Below, piece by piece: positions 1-8,162 of a stretch of DNA of 64,000 bases; position 1 is the first letter of the stretch; every line of letters begins with the position of its first letter. A program made the translations under genes and the position numbers. The notes beneath the pieces were generated by a model, which worked only from the letters and a program-made list of their open reading frames with translations, made no database searches and had not been told where the DNA came from. The stretch spans positions 1-64,000 of IMG/VR virus record IMGVR_UViG_3300042317_001568; one strand, given 5' to 3'.

Positions 1-12
1 GGGGGGGGGGGG

Positions 13-1011
13 GTGGGGGGGGGGGGTGGGGGGTGGGGCGGCGGATGGTATTGGGGTTGGGGAGGCCTTGCCCCTAACGAAGAAAACAAATCGTGCACGC
101 CGGTAATTCGCTGGAAAGAAGATTTTTACCGCAAATGGTTTTGCGGCTCAGAGTGTTATGTCTACATGTCGTGGGCCTACGATAGCTGCTCGACACCGTG
201 GGGCGAGTATGAGGTCGTGGAAGCAGGCGAGGCGTGCAACAACAGATTTCGTGGTTGCTGCGCTAGCGCGCCTTCTAATCCGTGCGACTGCGTGTCTAAT
301 TGTTATGGCTGCGGTCCCTGCGGCGGCTCGTGGTACGGCTGGGGCTGGGGCGGCGGCTATTGGGGCGGCGGATGGTGGGGTTGGGGTGGTAATACTTTTG
401 GCTGTCATTGTTACGAAAACACGGGCGAAAAAGAAGAAGGGCGCTGGGTGGATTGTTCGTCAGGTTGCGGCAGCGGGTGTCCTCCGTGCTGGTATGGGTA
501 CGTGGGCGGTTATGACATTTGGCAGGCTAAATACGGTTCGTGCTACAAGGGCAGCACAAATTCAAGTGTAGCGCGGCTGATCATGTGGGACTGCGAGTCG
601 GGCACATGGAAAAACGTCACAGAAGAAGCGTATGAAATTGTGCCCGGCACCGCCGCGGGCCCGGGTCAGTGGATAGGTTTTTTCAAAACAACCACCGGCC
701 CTGACGATGAAGGCTTTTACACCTGCGAAATGGCGCCGGAAGAAGAATGGGGCGGGCGCTGGAAAATGGAAATTGCCGACGGAGGTATTAAAACCTCGAA
801 TCAATATCGCCCGGGCTACTATACATGCGAGCAATGCGGCTCTAACCCAGATTGTAATCCGTACTGGGGCGACAATCCGTGCGGCTACTGTTGCGGAGAC
901 TGCCAGCCTATTACGTACTGCGCGTGGCCTGCAGAGTGTTCGCCGCGGGTCAAAGAAATTTCCGAATATCCTGTTACGTGCCCCGAAGAACCAAGCGGCC
1001 CTGATTGTTAG
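13..1011 (+). CDS. Cys/Gly/Trp-rich protein, probably 5'-truncated; possible virion surface protein
   Basis: Long ORF with GGGW(Y/W)GWGG repeats and many Cys. It begins in a poly-G run at the window edge. Confidence 0.65.
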   Translation: MGGGGGGWGGGWYWGWGGLAPNEENKSCTPVIRWKEDFYRKWFCGSECYVYMSWAYDSCSTPWGEYEVVEAGEACNNRFRGCCASAPSNPCDCVSNCYGCGPCGGSWYGWGWGGGYWGGGWWGWGGNTFGCHCYENTGEKEEGRWVDCSSGCGSGCPPCWYGYVGGYDIWQAKYGSCYKGSTNSSVARLIMWDCESGTWKNVTEEAYEIVPGTAAGPGQWIGFFKTTTGPDDEGFYTCEMAPEEEWGGRWKMEIADGGIKTSNQYRPGYYTCEQCGSNPDCNPYWGDNPCGYCCGDCQPITYCAWPAECSPRVKEISEYPVTCPEEPSGPDC

Positions 1012-1020
1012 TGTGCAACT

Positions 1021-1881
1021 ATGCCTGACTGCAACTATTCAGCGTGCAATCCCTGTGGCCCGATGCCGTCGTGGAAAGACCCGCCAGCAGACAAAAGCGT
1101 TGACTGCGAAGATTTAACAGAAGAAGATACGGGCGAAGAGCCTGAGCTAGAGTACGACAACTACGTGACTGATCCGGAAGATTGCCACATTGAAGGTAGC
1201 GTCACACCAGAGGTCACTGAATCATACGGCCCGTGTGGCGGTCAAATCATCAAAATTTGGAAGTTCGAAGAAGACTGCGCAAAGGCCACCAATCCAAACG
1301 ACCGGAAAATGGAGCATGTGCAAATCATTACGGTTAATTACTCAGATAATCCTGAGTGGGTAGAGCCCCCAGCAGATTTGGAACTTGGGTGTGTTGCTGG
1401 GCTGGAGTACATTGAAGACGGTCCGCAAGAATTGTCGTATGAGAACCACGCGGAGGGCGATGTAGACGGTTGTCGGGTATCTGGCACGGCGACTGGCTAC
1501 ATTTGCGCGGCTGTCGGGTACTGCTCCGGCATGATCACTCAAACGTGGACTGCCGACGACGAGTGCCGGCGTGTAATTGATCATACGCAAATTGTTACGA
1601 CGACGGCTGCCACGCAAGCTTCGTGGGTAAACCCGCCGCCTTCTCAGGGCATGACGTGCACGCAGGCGTATTTAACAACGCTGCAGCCATTGTCGGCGTT
1701 TCGGTTGCAGTACAAAAACAACTTGCGCGGGCCGTGCAAAATCGAAGGCTACATGGAGCCAAGAATCGAGGTAAATGTGCAGAATTGTACGGGAACTATT
1801 ACGCGGACATGGGAATTTACCGACCTTTGCCTGCGGACAATTACGCATGTGCAGGTGCTGACCGTCACTCCCGACGTTTGA
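1021..1881 (+). CDS. Cys-rich protein with three HYR-like beta-sandwich repeats
   Basis: Repeats of G-x-I-x-x-x-W-x-x-x-D/E-x-C...H-x-Q-x-x-T (GQIIKIWKFEEDC, GMITQTWTADDEC, GTITRTWEFTDLC). In frame with the upstream ORF across one TAG. Confidence 0.7.
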   Translation: MPDCNYSACNPCGPMPSWKDPPADKSVDCEDLTEEDTGEEPELEYDNYVTDPEDCHIEGSVTPEVTESYGPCGGQIIKIWKFEEDCAKATNPNDRKMEHVQIITVNYSDNPEWVEPPADLELGCVAGLEYIEDGPQELSYENHAEGDVDGCRVSGTATGYICAAVGYCSGMITQTWTADDECRRVIDHTQIVTTTAATQASWVNPPPSQGMTCTQAYLTTLQPLSAFRLQYKNNLRGPCKIEGYMEPRIEVNVQNCTGTITRTWEFTDLCLRTITHVQVLTVTPDV

Positions 1882-1945
1882 TTTTGATTGCTTGATGCTG
1901 CACTTGCTGTCGGCTATGATGCCCGCGAACAAGCGGAGCGCAAGC

Positions 1946-2590
1946 GTGGCAAAACTCTATTTCCGGCACGGCACTGTAGGCAGCGCAAAGACGTTAAATC
2001 TTCTTGCTGTAGCGCACAACTACCGACAGCAAGGCAAACAAGTTCTGCTGCTCAAGCCGGAGTTTGACACGCGCTTCGGCGTTGGGGTGATTCAGACCCG
2101 GGCTGGTATTTCTATGCCGGCTGACGTCATTGTGGGTGACACGCTTAAAGTGCCAGATTTGACACATATCGTGTGTATTCTGGTGGATGAGTGCCAGTTC
2201 TTGCACCATACGCATATCGACCGTCTGCGGGAGATTACGAACACTCACGATATCCCTGTCATCTGCTACGGCCTGCGCACAGACTTCCGCACGAACCTGT
2301 TTCCAGCCGCCCGACGCTTATTTGAACTGGCTGATAGCATTGAAGAGGTCAAAACCACGTGCAATTACTGCTTGCGAAAAGCCATCTTCAACCTTAAACT
2401 ACTCGACGGTAAGCCAACCCTCAGCGGGCCATCTGCAGAATTAGGCTGTGAAGAAAAATACCTTCCTGTCTGTGCGGACTGTTTTGATGAACACCATCTT
2501 AATGCCGGCAATGTTAGTAGCTGGAACTCTACTGTTAGCCGACGCAGCGCCTGTAACTGCGGAAGCGGCAGTTGCTGCTGTAAAAAGTGA
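1946..2590 (+). CDS. tdk: Thymidine kinase (type II)
   Basis: P-loop GTVGSAKT, ILVDECQFL, CYGLRTDF and C-terminal Zn cysteines (CNYC, CADC). GTG start chosen after GGAG. Confidence 0.95.
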   Translation: MAKLYFRHGTVGSAKTLNLLAVAHNYRQQGKQVLLLKPEFDTRFGVGVIQTRAGISMPADVIVGDTLKVPDLTHIVCILVDECQFLHHTHIDRLREITNTHDIPVICYGLRTDFRTNLFPAARRLFELADSIEEVKTTCNYCLRKAIFNLKLLDGKPTLSGPSAELGCEEKYLPVCADCFDEHHLNAGNVSSWNSTVSRRSACNCGSGSCCCKK

Positions 2591-2639
2591 TCCGTCGGCG
2601 TCCCTGTGTTTTGCGATTACGTTTAGCGTGTGCGCCGCG

Positions 2640-3038
2640 ATGCTCGCTATTGTTTTTGGCTTTATGACATTTGATGAAATAGCCAAGGTCCGCGCGCTAA
2701 AAAAGAAAAACGCGGATATCGAAGAACGCTATCGCCAAGTGCGCGCAGATATGTTGCAAGAGCTCGACCGCCGGCACCAAGCGGAGCAGGTTATTCGCGC
2801 TGCTATGCCCGCGGCTACAACGACGACTGCCTCAGCGGCTTTTCCTGTGACGTATGCTGTTAGCTCTACTTTTCCGCCGGGCACGTCAAGTAACGTTTTT
2901 CCATTACCGTTGACCAACATCGGCAACATCACGCTCCGTGCTTCAGATAGTCAATCAGCGGCTCCCACACCACCGCCGCACGACCAGAATCATTTTGAAC
3001 GTATTGCCGTGCCCCGCCGTTTTATACGCCTTGACTGA
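2640..3038 (+). CDS. Hypothetical membrane-anchored coiled-coil protein (start uncertain)
   Basis: Hydrophobic N-terminus, then a charged helix and an Ala/Thr/Pro tail. The ORF-track start at 2448 overlaps tdk. Confidence 0.55.
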   Translation: MLAIVFGFMTFDEIAKVRALKKKNADIEERYRQVRADMLQELDRRHQAEQVIRAAMPAATTTTASAAFPVTYAVSSTFPPGTSSNVFPLPLTNIGNITLRASDSQSAAPTPPPHDQNHFERIAVPRRFIRLD

Positions 3039-3047
3039 GGAGATTTC

Positions 3048-3233
3048 ATGGCAGGTCAGTATGTCACTGTTTCTTTTGGACCAGAAGAAAAGTATTCGTT
3101 ATTTATTCCCGTCACAGCAGAAAACCAAGAACAGCTTGCGACGCAGTTAAAAAAAGCTGCGGTGACAGTTAAAACGATAGCTGCGGCATCCGCGGCGCCG
3201 CAGCAACGCGTGTTCGATTTTTGCACTAAGTAA
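3048..3233 (+). CDS. Hypothetical protein
   Basis: GAGGAG RBS; fills the gap between genes. Confidence 0.65.
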   Translation: MAGQYVTVSFGPEEKYSLFIPVTAENQEQLATQLKKAAVTVKTIAAASAAPQQRVFDFCTK

Positions 3234-3246
3234 TTAGGTATTTCGC

Positions 3247-4362
3247 ATGGACGCCAAACCTACGCTGCACCTTATTGGTATCTTTCACACGATTCACAAT
3301 CAGGAGTATTCGCATTGCGCGTTTACTGGTAAAGCGCTGCGTTTCTCCAAGATGATGCGGGCCTATGGCTACAACGTCATTGAGTATGCCAACGAGGGCA
3401 GCGAAAGCGAAGCCAATGAAAAAGTCGTCATGCTGCGCTCTGACGAATTTCAAACAATGCTGGGCCGCACATCCAAAACAGCGTTCCACGGTGACCACGC
3501 GTCTACAGGGACTAAGCATCACAGTAAGTTTGAAGAGCGCTTAATCCCCGAATTAAAGAAACGCGTTCAGCCAAGAGACATTATTTGCCACCCGTTTGGC
3601 CACTCTCACGCGTCTGCCTGCAATGAGTTCCAGAAACATCTGCATTGCGAGACCGGCATCGGGTATCCTACGACCATGCCGGGAACAATGAAGATTTTCG
3701 AGAGCTACGCGTGGCGGCACTTTCATTGCGGCAAAGATAATCGGCAGGGCACAAACTACGAGTGGGTAATCCCGAACTACTTTGAAATTGACGACTGGGA
3801 CCCGCAGTACGAACCCGGCAAATACATTGCGTTTATGGGGCGCATCACAGAGTCCAAGGGCCTGCCCACGATTAGCGAGCTCGCCAAGTATGTAGATAAA
3901 AAAATCATCCTGTGCGGGCAGGGCGACCATAAGACCTACATGCGCCCGAACATCGAATACTGGGGCCCGCTTGAAGGCCGGCAGCGCAGTATGTTTATTG
4001 GTAATGCAATCTGTTCGCTTATGCCCACGACGTTTATTGAGCCCTTCGGTGGTTCTGGGGTTGAAGGCATGCTATGTGGCACGCCGTTGATTGCGTCGGA
4101 TTACGGCGCGTTTACAGAGACCGTGCTGGAGGGTGTGACCGGATATAGATGCAAAACCTTGTGGGATTGGATAGAAGCTATCGAACGCGTCGGCGAGCTA
4201 GACCGCAAAGTTATTGCTGATCGTGCCCGCGCGACATATAGCCTGCAGGCGTGCGGCAAGAAGTATGACAAAGCTTTTACGCAAATGTCGCAACTACACG
4301 ATGACGGCTGGTACACGTTGCCCCCAAAATACCGAAAAGAACAGCTCCAAAAAAGCGCCTGA
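3247..4362 (+). CDS. Glycosyltransferase, GT-B fold (GT4-like)
   Basis: FMGRITESKG and EPFGGSGVEGMLCGTPLIASDYGAFTETV (E-x7-E motif). Confidence 0.9.
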   Translation: MDAKPTLHLIGIFHTIHNQEYSHCAFTGKALRFSKMMRAYGYNVIEYANEGSESEANEKVVMLRSDEFQTMLGRTSKTAFHGDHASTGTKHHSKFEERLIPELKKRVQPRDIICHPFGHSHASACNEFQKHLHCETGIGYPTTMPGTMKIFESYAWRHFHCGKDNRQGTNYEWVIPNYFEIDDWDPQYEPGKYIAFMGRITESKGLPTISELAKYVDKKIILCGQGDHKTYMRPNIEYWGPLEGRQRSMFIGNAICSLMPTTFIEPFGGSGVEGMLCGTPLIASDYGAFTETVLEGVTGYRCKTLWDWIEAIERVGELDRKVIADRARATYSLQACGKKYDKAFTQMSQLHDDGWYTLPPKYRKEQLQKSA

Positions 4363-4367
4363 TAATA

Positions 4368-4396
4368 GCTAAATTGCTGTTAAATACAGGGCATAT
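4368..4396 (+). promoter_or_regulatory. Bipartite phage promoter-like motif, copy 1
   Basis: GCTAAAT-N15-GGCATAT, intergenic. Confidence 0.7.
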
Positions 4397-4458
4397 TCAT
4401 TGGCCCCCGCAGTAGCGTATTGCGGGTTTTCGCCACCGCGTATTGGGAGGAAACTACT

Positions 4459-4638
4459 ATGTCCCCGCGGAGAATCATTGGTGAATGCGCGTTAGTGGTC
4501 GGCGTGCTCGGCGGAACGGTTGTCGGCTTTTTAGCCGGCAGTCATTTCGTCGAACCGCAGATACAACTCGTGTTCGCTTTTATCGGCATGGCTCTTGGTG
4601 GAGCTTTTGTCGATATATGCTTAAGAGGAGGACAGTGA
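4459..4638 (+). CDS. Small two-TM membrane protein
   Basis: GGAGG RBS; two hydrophobic helices. Confidence 0.7.
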   Translation: MSPRRIIGECALVVGVLGGTVVGFLAGSHFVEPQIQLVFAFIGMALGGAFVDICLRGGQ

Positions 4639-5270
4639 TGTTTGCAAAGCTGTTGTTGATTGTCGTGTGCCTGACTGCCGTAGCTCACGGACAGAACCAG
4701 CCCACGCAGAAGGATATCGACCAGATGCGTGATTCGCTGGTCGCAAACTTCGACGCCCAGTCTCGCGAGGACGTCGATGCGATGATTGCGACGATCAGTC
4801 CGAAGGGTCAGCAGATGGCTGGCCCCACCGAGATGGCCGAGCTTCGGGAAGAATCCTTGAAACTCTTCGAGGAAACAAACCTGAAGCTACGGTTGGTCAG
4901 CCTGCACGTGTACGACTACTCGCCACCCAGCGTCAGCGGCTGCGCGTACGCCGACGTCGTGCAGCTCACGCTGCCGTCGGAGCATTCGTACGCGGACTTG
5001 GAGGAGTACCCGGCCGACATGAGCTCGCTCTGGCGGCACCACTCGGGGGCCTTGCCCACATCGCAGCTGGTGAAGTATGTTCTTCGGTTCGACTACGACC
5101 CGAAGGACCGCACGTGGAAACCGACGCGGATCGTGGAGCCGCCGAAGCCCGTGAGCAACTGGCCTGAGAACACTCAGGAAGTGATGCACGGCAAAGTGGC
5201 GGACCCGACAAGTCGGACCGGGGTGTGTTCAAACGGCAGATGTTCGAACAGGCTTACCAACAACCGGTAA
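4638..5270 (+). CDS. Secreted protein, possible NTF2/SnoaL-like fold
   Basis: GAGGAG RBS, signal peptide MFAKLLLIVVCLTAVAHG, then a helix-helix-beta pattern. Confidence 0.7.
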   Translation: MFAKLLLIVVCLTAVAHGQNQPTQKDIDQMRDSLVANFDAQSREDVDAMIATISPKGQQMAGPTEMAELREESLKLFEETNLKLRLVSLHVYDYSPPSVSGCAYADVVQLTLPSEHSYADLEEYPADMSSLWRHHSGALPTSQLVKYVLRFDYDPKDRTWKPTRIVEPPKPVSNWPENTQEVMHGKVADPTSRTGVCSNGRCSNRLTNNR

Positions 5271-5530
5271 GCGGTCGACTGGGCGACCTAAAATAGGACT
5301 TAAGCCTAGTGCGTGGGGAGCGCTAATCCGCTCCCCGATGTCTGCGTTCATAGTCGTTCATGATTGGCTGTGGCGTGGGTTATTGACACTCCTCGGCCTG
5401 CGTATGCCAACAGCCCTGCAAGGCTGCAAAAATACGTAGGCAGGCACGCCTGTGGTTGCAGCCGCAGTTTGGAAAGTCGCGCGCGTTATCGGGTTTCTCG
5501 GTGACGAAGTGTGGCGGCAGTGTCAGTCTC
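5271..5530 (+). ncRNA. Candidate structured RNA or leader upstream of tRNA-Lys
   Basis: No ORF. Hairpins 5315-5336 and 5396-5441, plus long-range pair TTGACACT(5383)/AGTGTCAG(5519). Confidence 0.4.
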
Positions 5531-5604
5531 GCCCCTTTAGCTCAGTTGGTTAGAGCATCGGACTTTTAATCCGTTGGTCCTAGGTTCGAATCCTAGAAGG
5601 GGCA
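5531..5604 (+). tRNA. tRNA-Lys(UUU)
   Basis: Cloverleaf; acceptor GCCCCTT/AAGGGGC, anticodon loop CT-TTT-AA, GGTTCGAATCC. No encoded CCA. Confidence 0.95.
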
Positions 5605-5642
5605 ATGGTTCAGTTGTTTTTTCACATCAAGGAGGGCGTGAA

Positions 5643-5852
5643 ATGAACTGGTTAATTATGTTGCTGATGTCGATCGTTGTGCCGGTCGTCCAGCCTGTCG
5701 TTCAGCAAGGAGTGCAGAACGTTCAGGTCCGCGTTGCGCAACGCATGCAACAACAGGCGGTCAAGCCCGTACAGCCCGCGGTCGTTTTTCATAACGGTCA
5801 GTGGTGGAAGTACGAGCAGGGCCAATGGTGGGTGTGGCAGGAACGCAGATGA
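5643..5852 (+). CDS. Small Gln/Val/Trp-rich exported protein
   Basis: GGAGGG RBS; hydrophobic N-terminus; GQWW repeats. Confidence 0.7.
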   Translation: MNWLIMLLMSIVVPVVQPVVQQGVQNVQVRVAQRMQQQAVKPVQPAVVFHNGQWWKYEQGQWWVWQERR

Positions 5853-6133
5853 CGAACTTTGAGTATCCGGTGGAAGAGTGGTTCACCGGACAGTACGCAG
5901 ACATCCCAATCCATATGCAGGAGACGATCAAACGGTACGTGATTGAAAAAGTCAGGCCGGGTGATTTTCTTTCTGCTATCATCACGAACGATCTCCGCGG
6001 CGCCGTTAACTACGCGGACGCCGACAACCTAGCCCGGATCAAGTTGTATGTGCAGTGGTTTTACAACCGCGCGCCAGCAATTTGCTCGGGTAGCAAGGAA
6101 GCGATGACCAACTGGCTTTCGGGTAACGCGTAA
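5849..6133 (+). CDS. Hypothetical phage protein
   Basis: ATGA overlap with the previous gene; PGDFLSAIITNDL segment. Confidence 0.75.
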   Translation: MTNFEYPVEEWFTGQYADIPIHMQETIKRYVIEKVRPGDFLSAIITNDLRGAVNYADADNLARIKLYVQWFYNRAPAICSGSKEAMTNWLSGNA

Positions 6134-6140
6134 ACCCGTC

Positions 6141-6225
6141 GGGGTTGTGGCGAAATGGCAGACGCAGCGGACTTAAAATCCGCTGGGAAGTAATTCCCGT
6201 GTGGGTTCGAGTCCCACCTCCCCCA
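6141..6225 (+). tRNA. tRNA-Leu(UAA), long variable arm
   Basis: GCGGA-CT-TAA-AA-TCCGC, variable arm GGGAA/TTCCC. The acceptor stem has two mismatches. Confidence 0.85.
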
Positions 6226-6343
6226 ATGATGATGACGATACACCGAAGTCGCCGGTCTTGTGTTCTGCAGTTTACTTCCTGACCTGCGGAACACGAGCGT
6301 ACGTTGCGCTCGCCGGCGATTTCTTTTTTCTATTGGAGCTCCC

Positions 6344-6598
6344 ATGAACAAGTGTCCGGAATGCAATGCCAGCCTCGACGGCGGCGGGATTTTTGAGACC
6401 TTGCGACCACAAGACTGGTGCGCACACATGGACGACGACGAATTGCGCAAATATGTGGAAGACCACTACGGCGCCGTCGATGCGCGATTCAGCCGGGTTA
6501 TTGGTGTCGAGTACCGCGGGCGTTACGACGGTGTGTGGGAATGGCGTTGCCCTGACTGTGCGGCAACGTGGCCTAGATTCGCGGAAGGGAAACGATGA
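6344..6598 (+). CDS. Hypothetical Zn-binding protein
   Basis: CPEC...CPDC; GGAG RBS. Confidence 0.75.
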   Translation: MNKCPECNASLDGGGIFETLRPQDWCAHMDDDELRKYVEDHYGAVDARFSRVIGVEYRGRYDGVWEWRCPDCAATWPRFAEGKR

Positions 6599-6894
6599 GT
6601 TTTTTACACCAGAAATACGCGTTTCGAGAAGGGTGCTGTACGACCACGCTGGTCGACGCAGAAACTACGCGCAACACGCTGCGTGTTGATGGCCCGTGTT
6701 TTTACTGCAAAGAGCCGCAATCTGTCACGGTTCCGGCGGAAGCGCTTATTCGGTTTGGGCAGGGCGATTTCGCTCAAAACTGTTTTCCAAACCTAACCCC
6801 GGGACAGCGCGAGTTCTTGATATCCGGGATTTGTGACCCGTGCTGGGATCAGATGTTTGGAGCCGATGAAGAAGATGAGGAACCTGACGCCTAG
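6595..6894 (+). CDS. Hypothetical Zn-binding phage protein
   Basis: CFYC...REFLISGICDPCW; ATGA overlap. Confidence 0.75.
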   Translation: MSFLHQKYAFREGCCTTTLVDAETTRNTLRVDGPCFYCKEPQSVTVPAEALIRFGQGDFAQNCFPNLTPGQREFLISGICDPCWDQMFGADEEDEEPDA

Positions 6895-6903
6895 GAGATC
6901 GAC

Positions 6904-7281
6904 ATGGCAGAGGAAGAAACAGTTGATCGGTTTGGATGGCGCAATTCCCACAAAGACTCGCCTGCAATGGGGCAGGAAGTCTACTATTTCGGTCCCAACA
7001 TAGGGATCGGAATCGGTCGGTACTCATACGAGGAAAACCGGTCATTTCGGCCGTATTCTTACGATGAAGCCGGCGTAAAAGTATATGACGACAAAGAGGT
7101 CGGGCTTTGTCCGCACATATTTACCAACAATAAATGGGGCGTGGTGGACGCGTGCGACGCCCCGCGATGGCAACCGTATGACCCAGAACGCGCCAAAAGC
7201 TGGTCGCCTATGCCGCCAGTCGGATATATCCGTCAAATCGTGCACGATCTCGACGCAATAACATATGTCGACGAGAAGTAA
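6904..7281 (+). CDS. Hypothetical protein
   Basis: GGAGA RBS; operon context. Confidence 0.7.
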   Translation: MAEEETVDRFGWRNSHKDSPAMGQEVYYFGPNIGIGIGRYSYEENRSFRPYSYDEAGVKVYDDKEVGLCPHIFTNNKWGVVDACDAPRWQPYDPERAKSWSPMPPVGYIRQIVHDLDAITYVDEK

Positions 7282-7299
7282 CAACAGAAAGAAGGTAAG

Positions 7300-7494
7300 A
7301 TGCCAGAAAATGTTTTTCTTTTTCAGCTGTTAACAGCGGCTGAAAAAAATATGCGCGAGGCTCTGGAGCCTTTGCAGAGTTTCGAGGCCGATGCTAAACA
7401 AAAAGATTCGCCGGCTGCGGTTCGTGGAAGGATCGCAGCAGACGCGATACGCGCGGCGTTGTTCGCGTTGCAGACAGTCAAGGCGGGAGCATGA
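7300..7494 (+). CDS. Hypothetical protein
   Basis: GAAGG RBS; helical sequence. Confidence 0.65.
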   Translation: MPENVFLFQLLTAAEKNMREALEPLQSFEADAKQKDSPAAVRGRIAADAIRAALFALQTVKAGA

Positions 7495-7498
7495 ACAA

Positions 7499-7572
7499 AG
7501 CCGCATAGCTCAATTGGTCAGAGCACCTCGTTTACACCGAGGGGGTTGGGGGTTCGAGTCCCTCTGCGGCTA
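7499..7572 (+). tRNA. tRNA-Val(UAC)
   Basis: Acceptor AGCCGCA/TGCGGCT; CCTCG-TT-TAC-AC-CGAGG; TTCGAGT loop. Confidence 0.95.
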
Positions 7573-7639
7573 TTAAACCCGGTGTGGGGCGCATCACGTG
7601 TTTTCAGGCACACCACTGAAAACAATCATGGAGGATTCT

Positions 7640-8017
7640 ATGGTCCGCAGTTTGCTGTGTCTGTTTTTGGTGGTGTCTGCCTTCACGGTCGAAGCAGCGC
7701 CACGGCGTCGTAGTTACACCTACACAACCCCGAGCACGTCATCGATGCCGCGCGTGTCAAGCTACACGTCAAGCTCGATGCCGGTTCATTCCAGTGGCGG
7801 CACTTCTTCCGCTCAGGGCGTTGCCGAGATGATGGCGTCTCGGGGCGTCATGCAGCATTTCGGAGGCAACTCCGGATATGAAGGGGTCGGCACCGGATCG
7901 ACGCCGGAACAGGCACTCGGCAATTGCTGCTATTCCAATAGCGGCATGGCTGTTGTTGATCAGGGCGTAGCCTGCGGCCGCAACGGCCGCTGGTACGCCT
8001 GCAAGCGTTACCGCTAG
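7640..8017 (+). CDS. Secreted protein with a minimal CAP/SCP-like domain
   Basis: GGAGG RBS, signal peptide, Ser-rich linker, then AQGVAEMMA...H-x-GG...EGVG...CCY...GRWYAC. Confidence 0.75.
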   Translation: MVRSLLCLFLVVSAFTVEAAPRRRSYTYTTPSTSSMPRVSSYTSSSMPVHSSGGTSSAQGVAEMMASRGVMQHFGGNSGYEGVGTGSTPEQALGNCCYSNSGMAVVDQGVACGRNGRWYACKRYR

Positions 8018-8067
8018 GCCCACTGGCGGGCGCTGGAGGAAGCCCAAGCCTCTGGCGCCCGCCTCAC

Positions 8068-8143
8068 GGGGCGTAAGGTAAGCCGGTTGCATCCAGCACT
8101 CTTATAAGGTGCCCATAGGTAGGTTCGACTCCTACACGCCCTA
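8068..8143 (+). tRNA. tRNA-Ile(UAU), atypical D-arm
   Basis: Acceptor GGGGCGT/ACGCCCT; GCACT-CT-TAT-AA-GGTGC; GTAGG-TTCGACT-CCTAC. Confidence 0.8.
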
Positions 8144-8162
8144 CTCACACTCGGAGACTGCG

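Noticed and set aside
1-35. Poly-G run as a G-quadruplex or regulatory element
   Set aside because: It lies at the window edge, where poly-G is a common sequencing artefact. It also reads as Gly codons.
6892-6903. Genome-wide TAG recoding
   Set aside because: TAG ends genes cleanly before the next RBS (for example 6894), and long genes are intact in code 11. The UAG-anticodon tRNA reads CUA and is not an amber suppressor.
7573-7630. Theta/HDV-like ribozyme after tRNA-Val
   Set aside because: There is no room for P3/L3 or P4 between the helices; only a simple H-type pseudoknot is supported.
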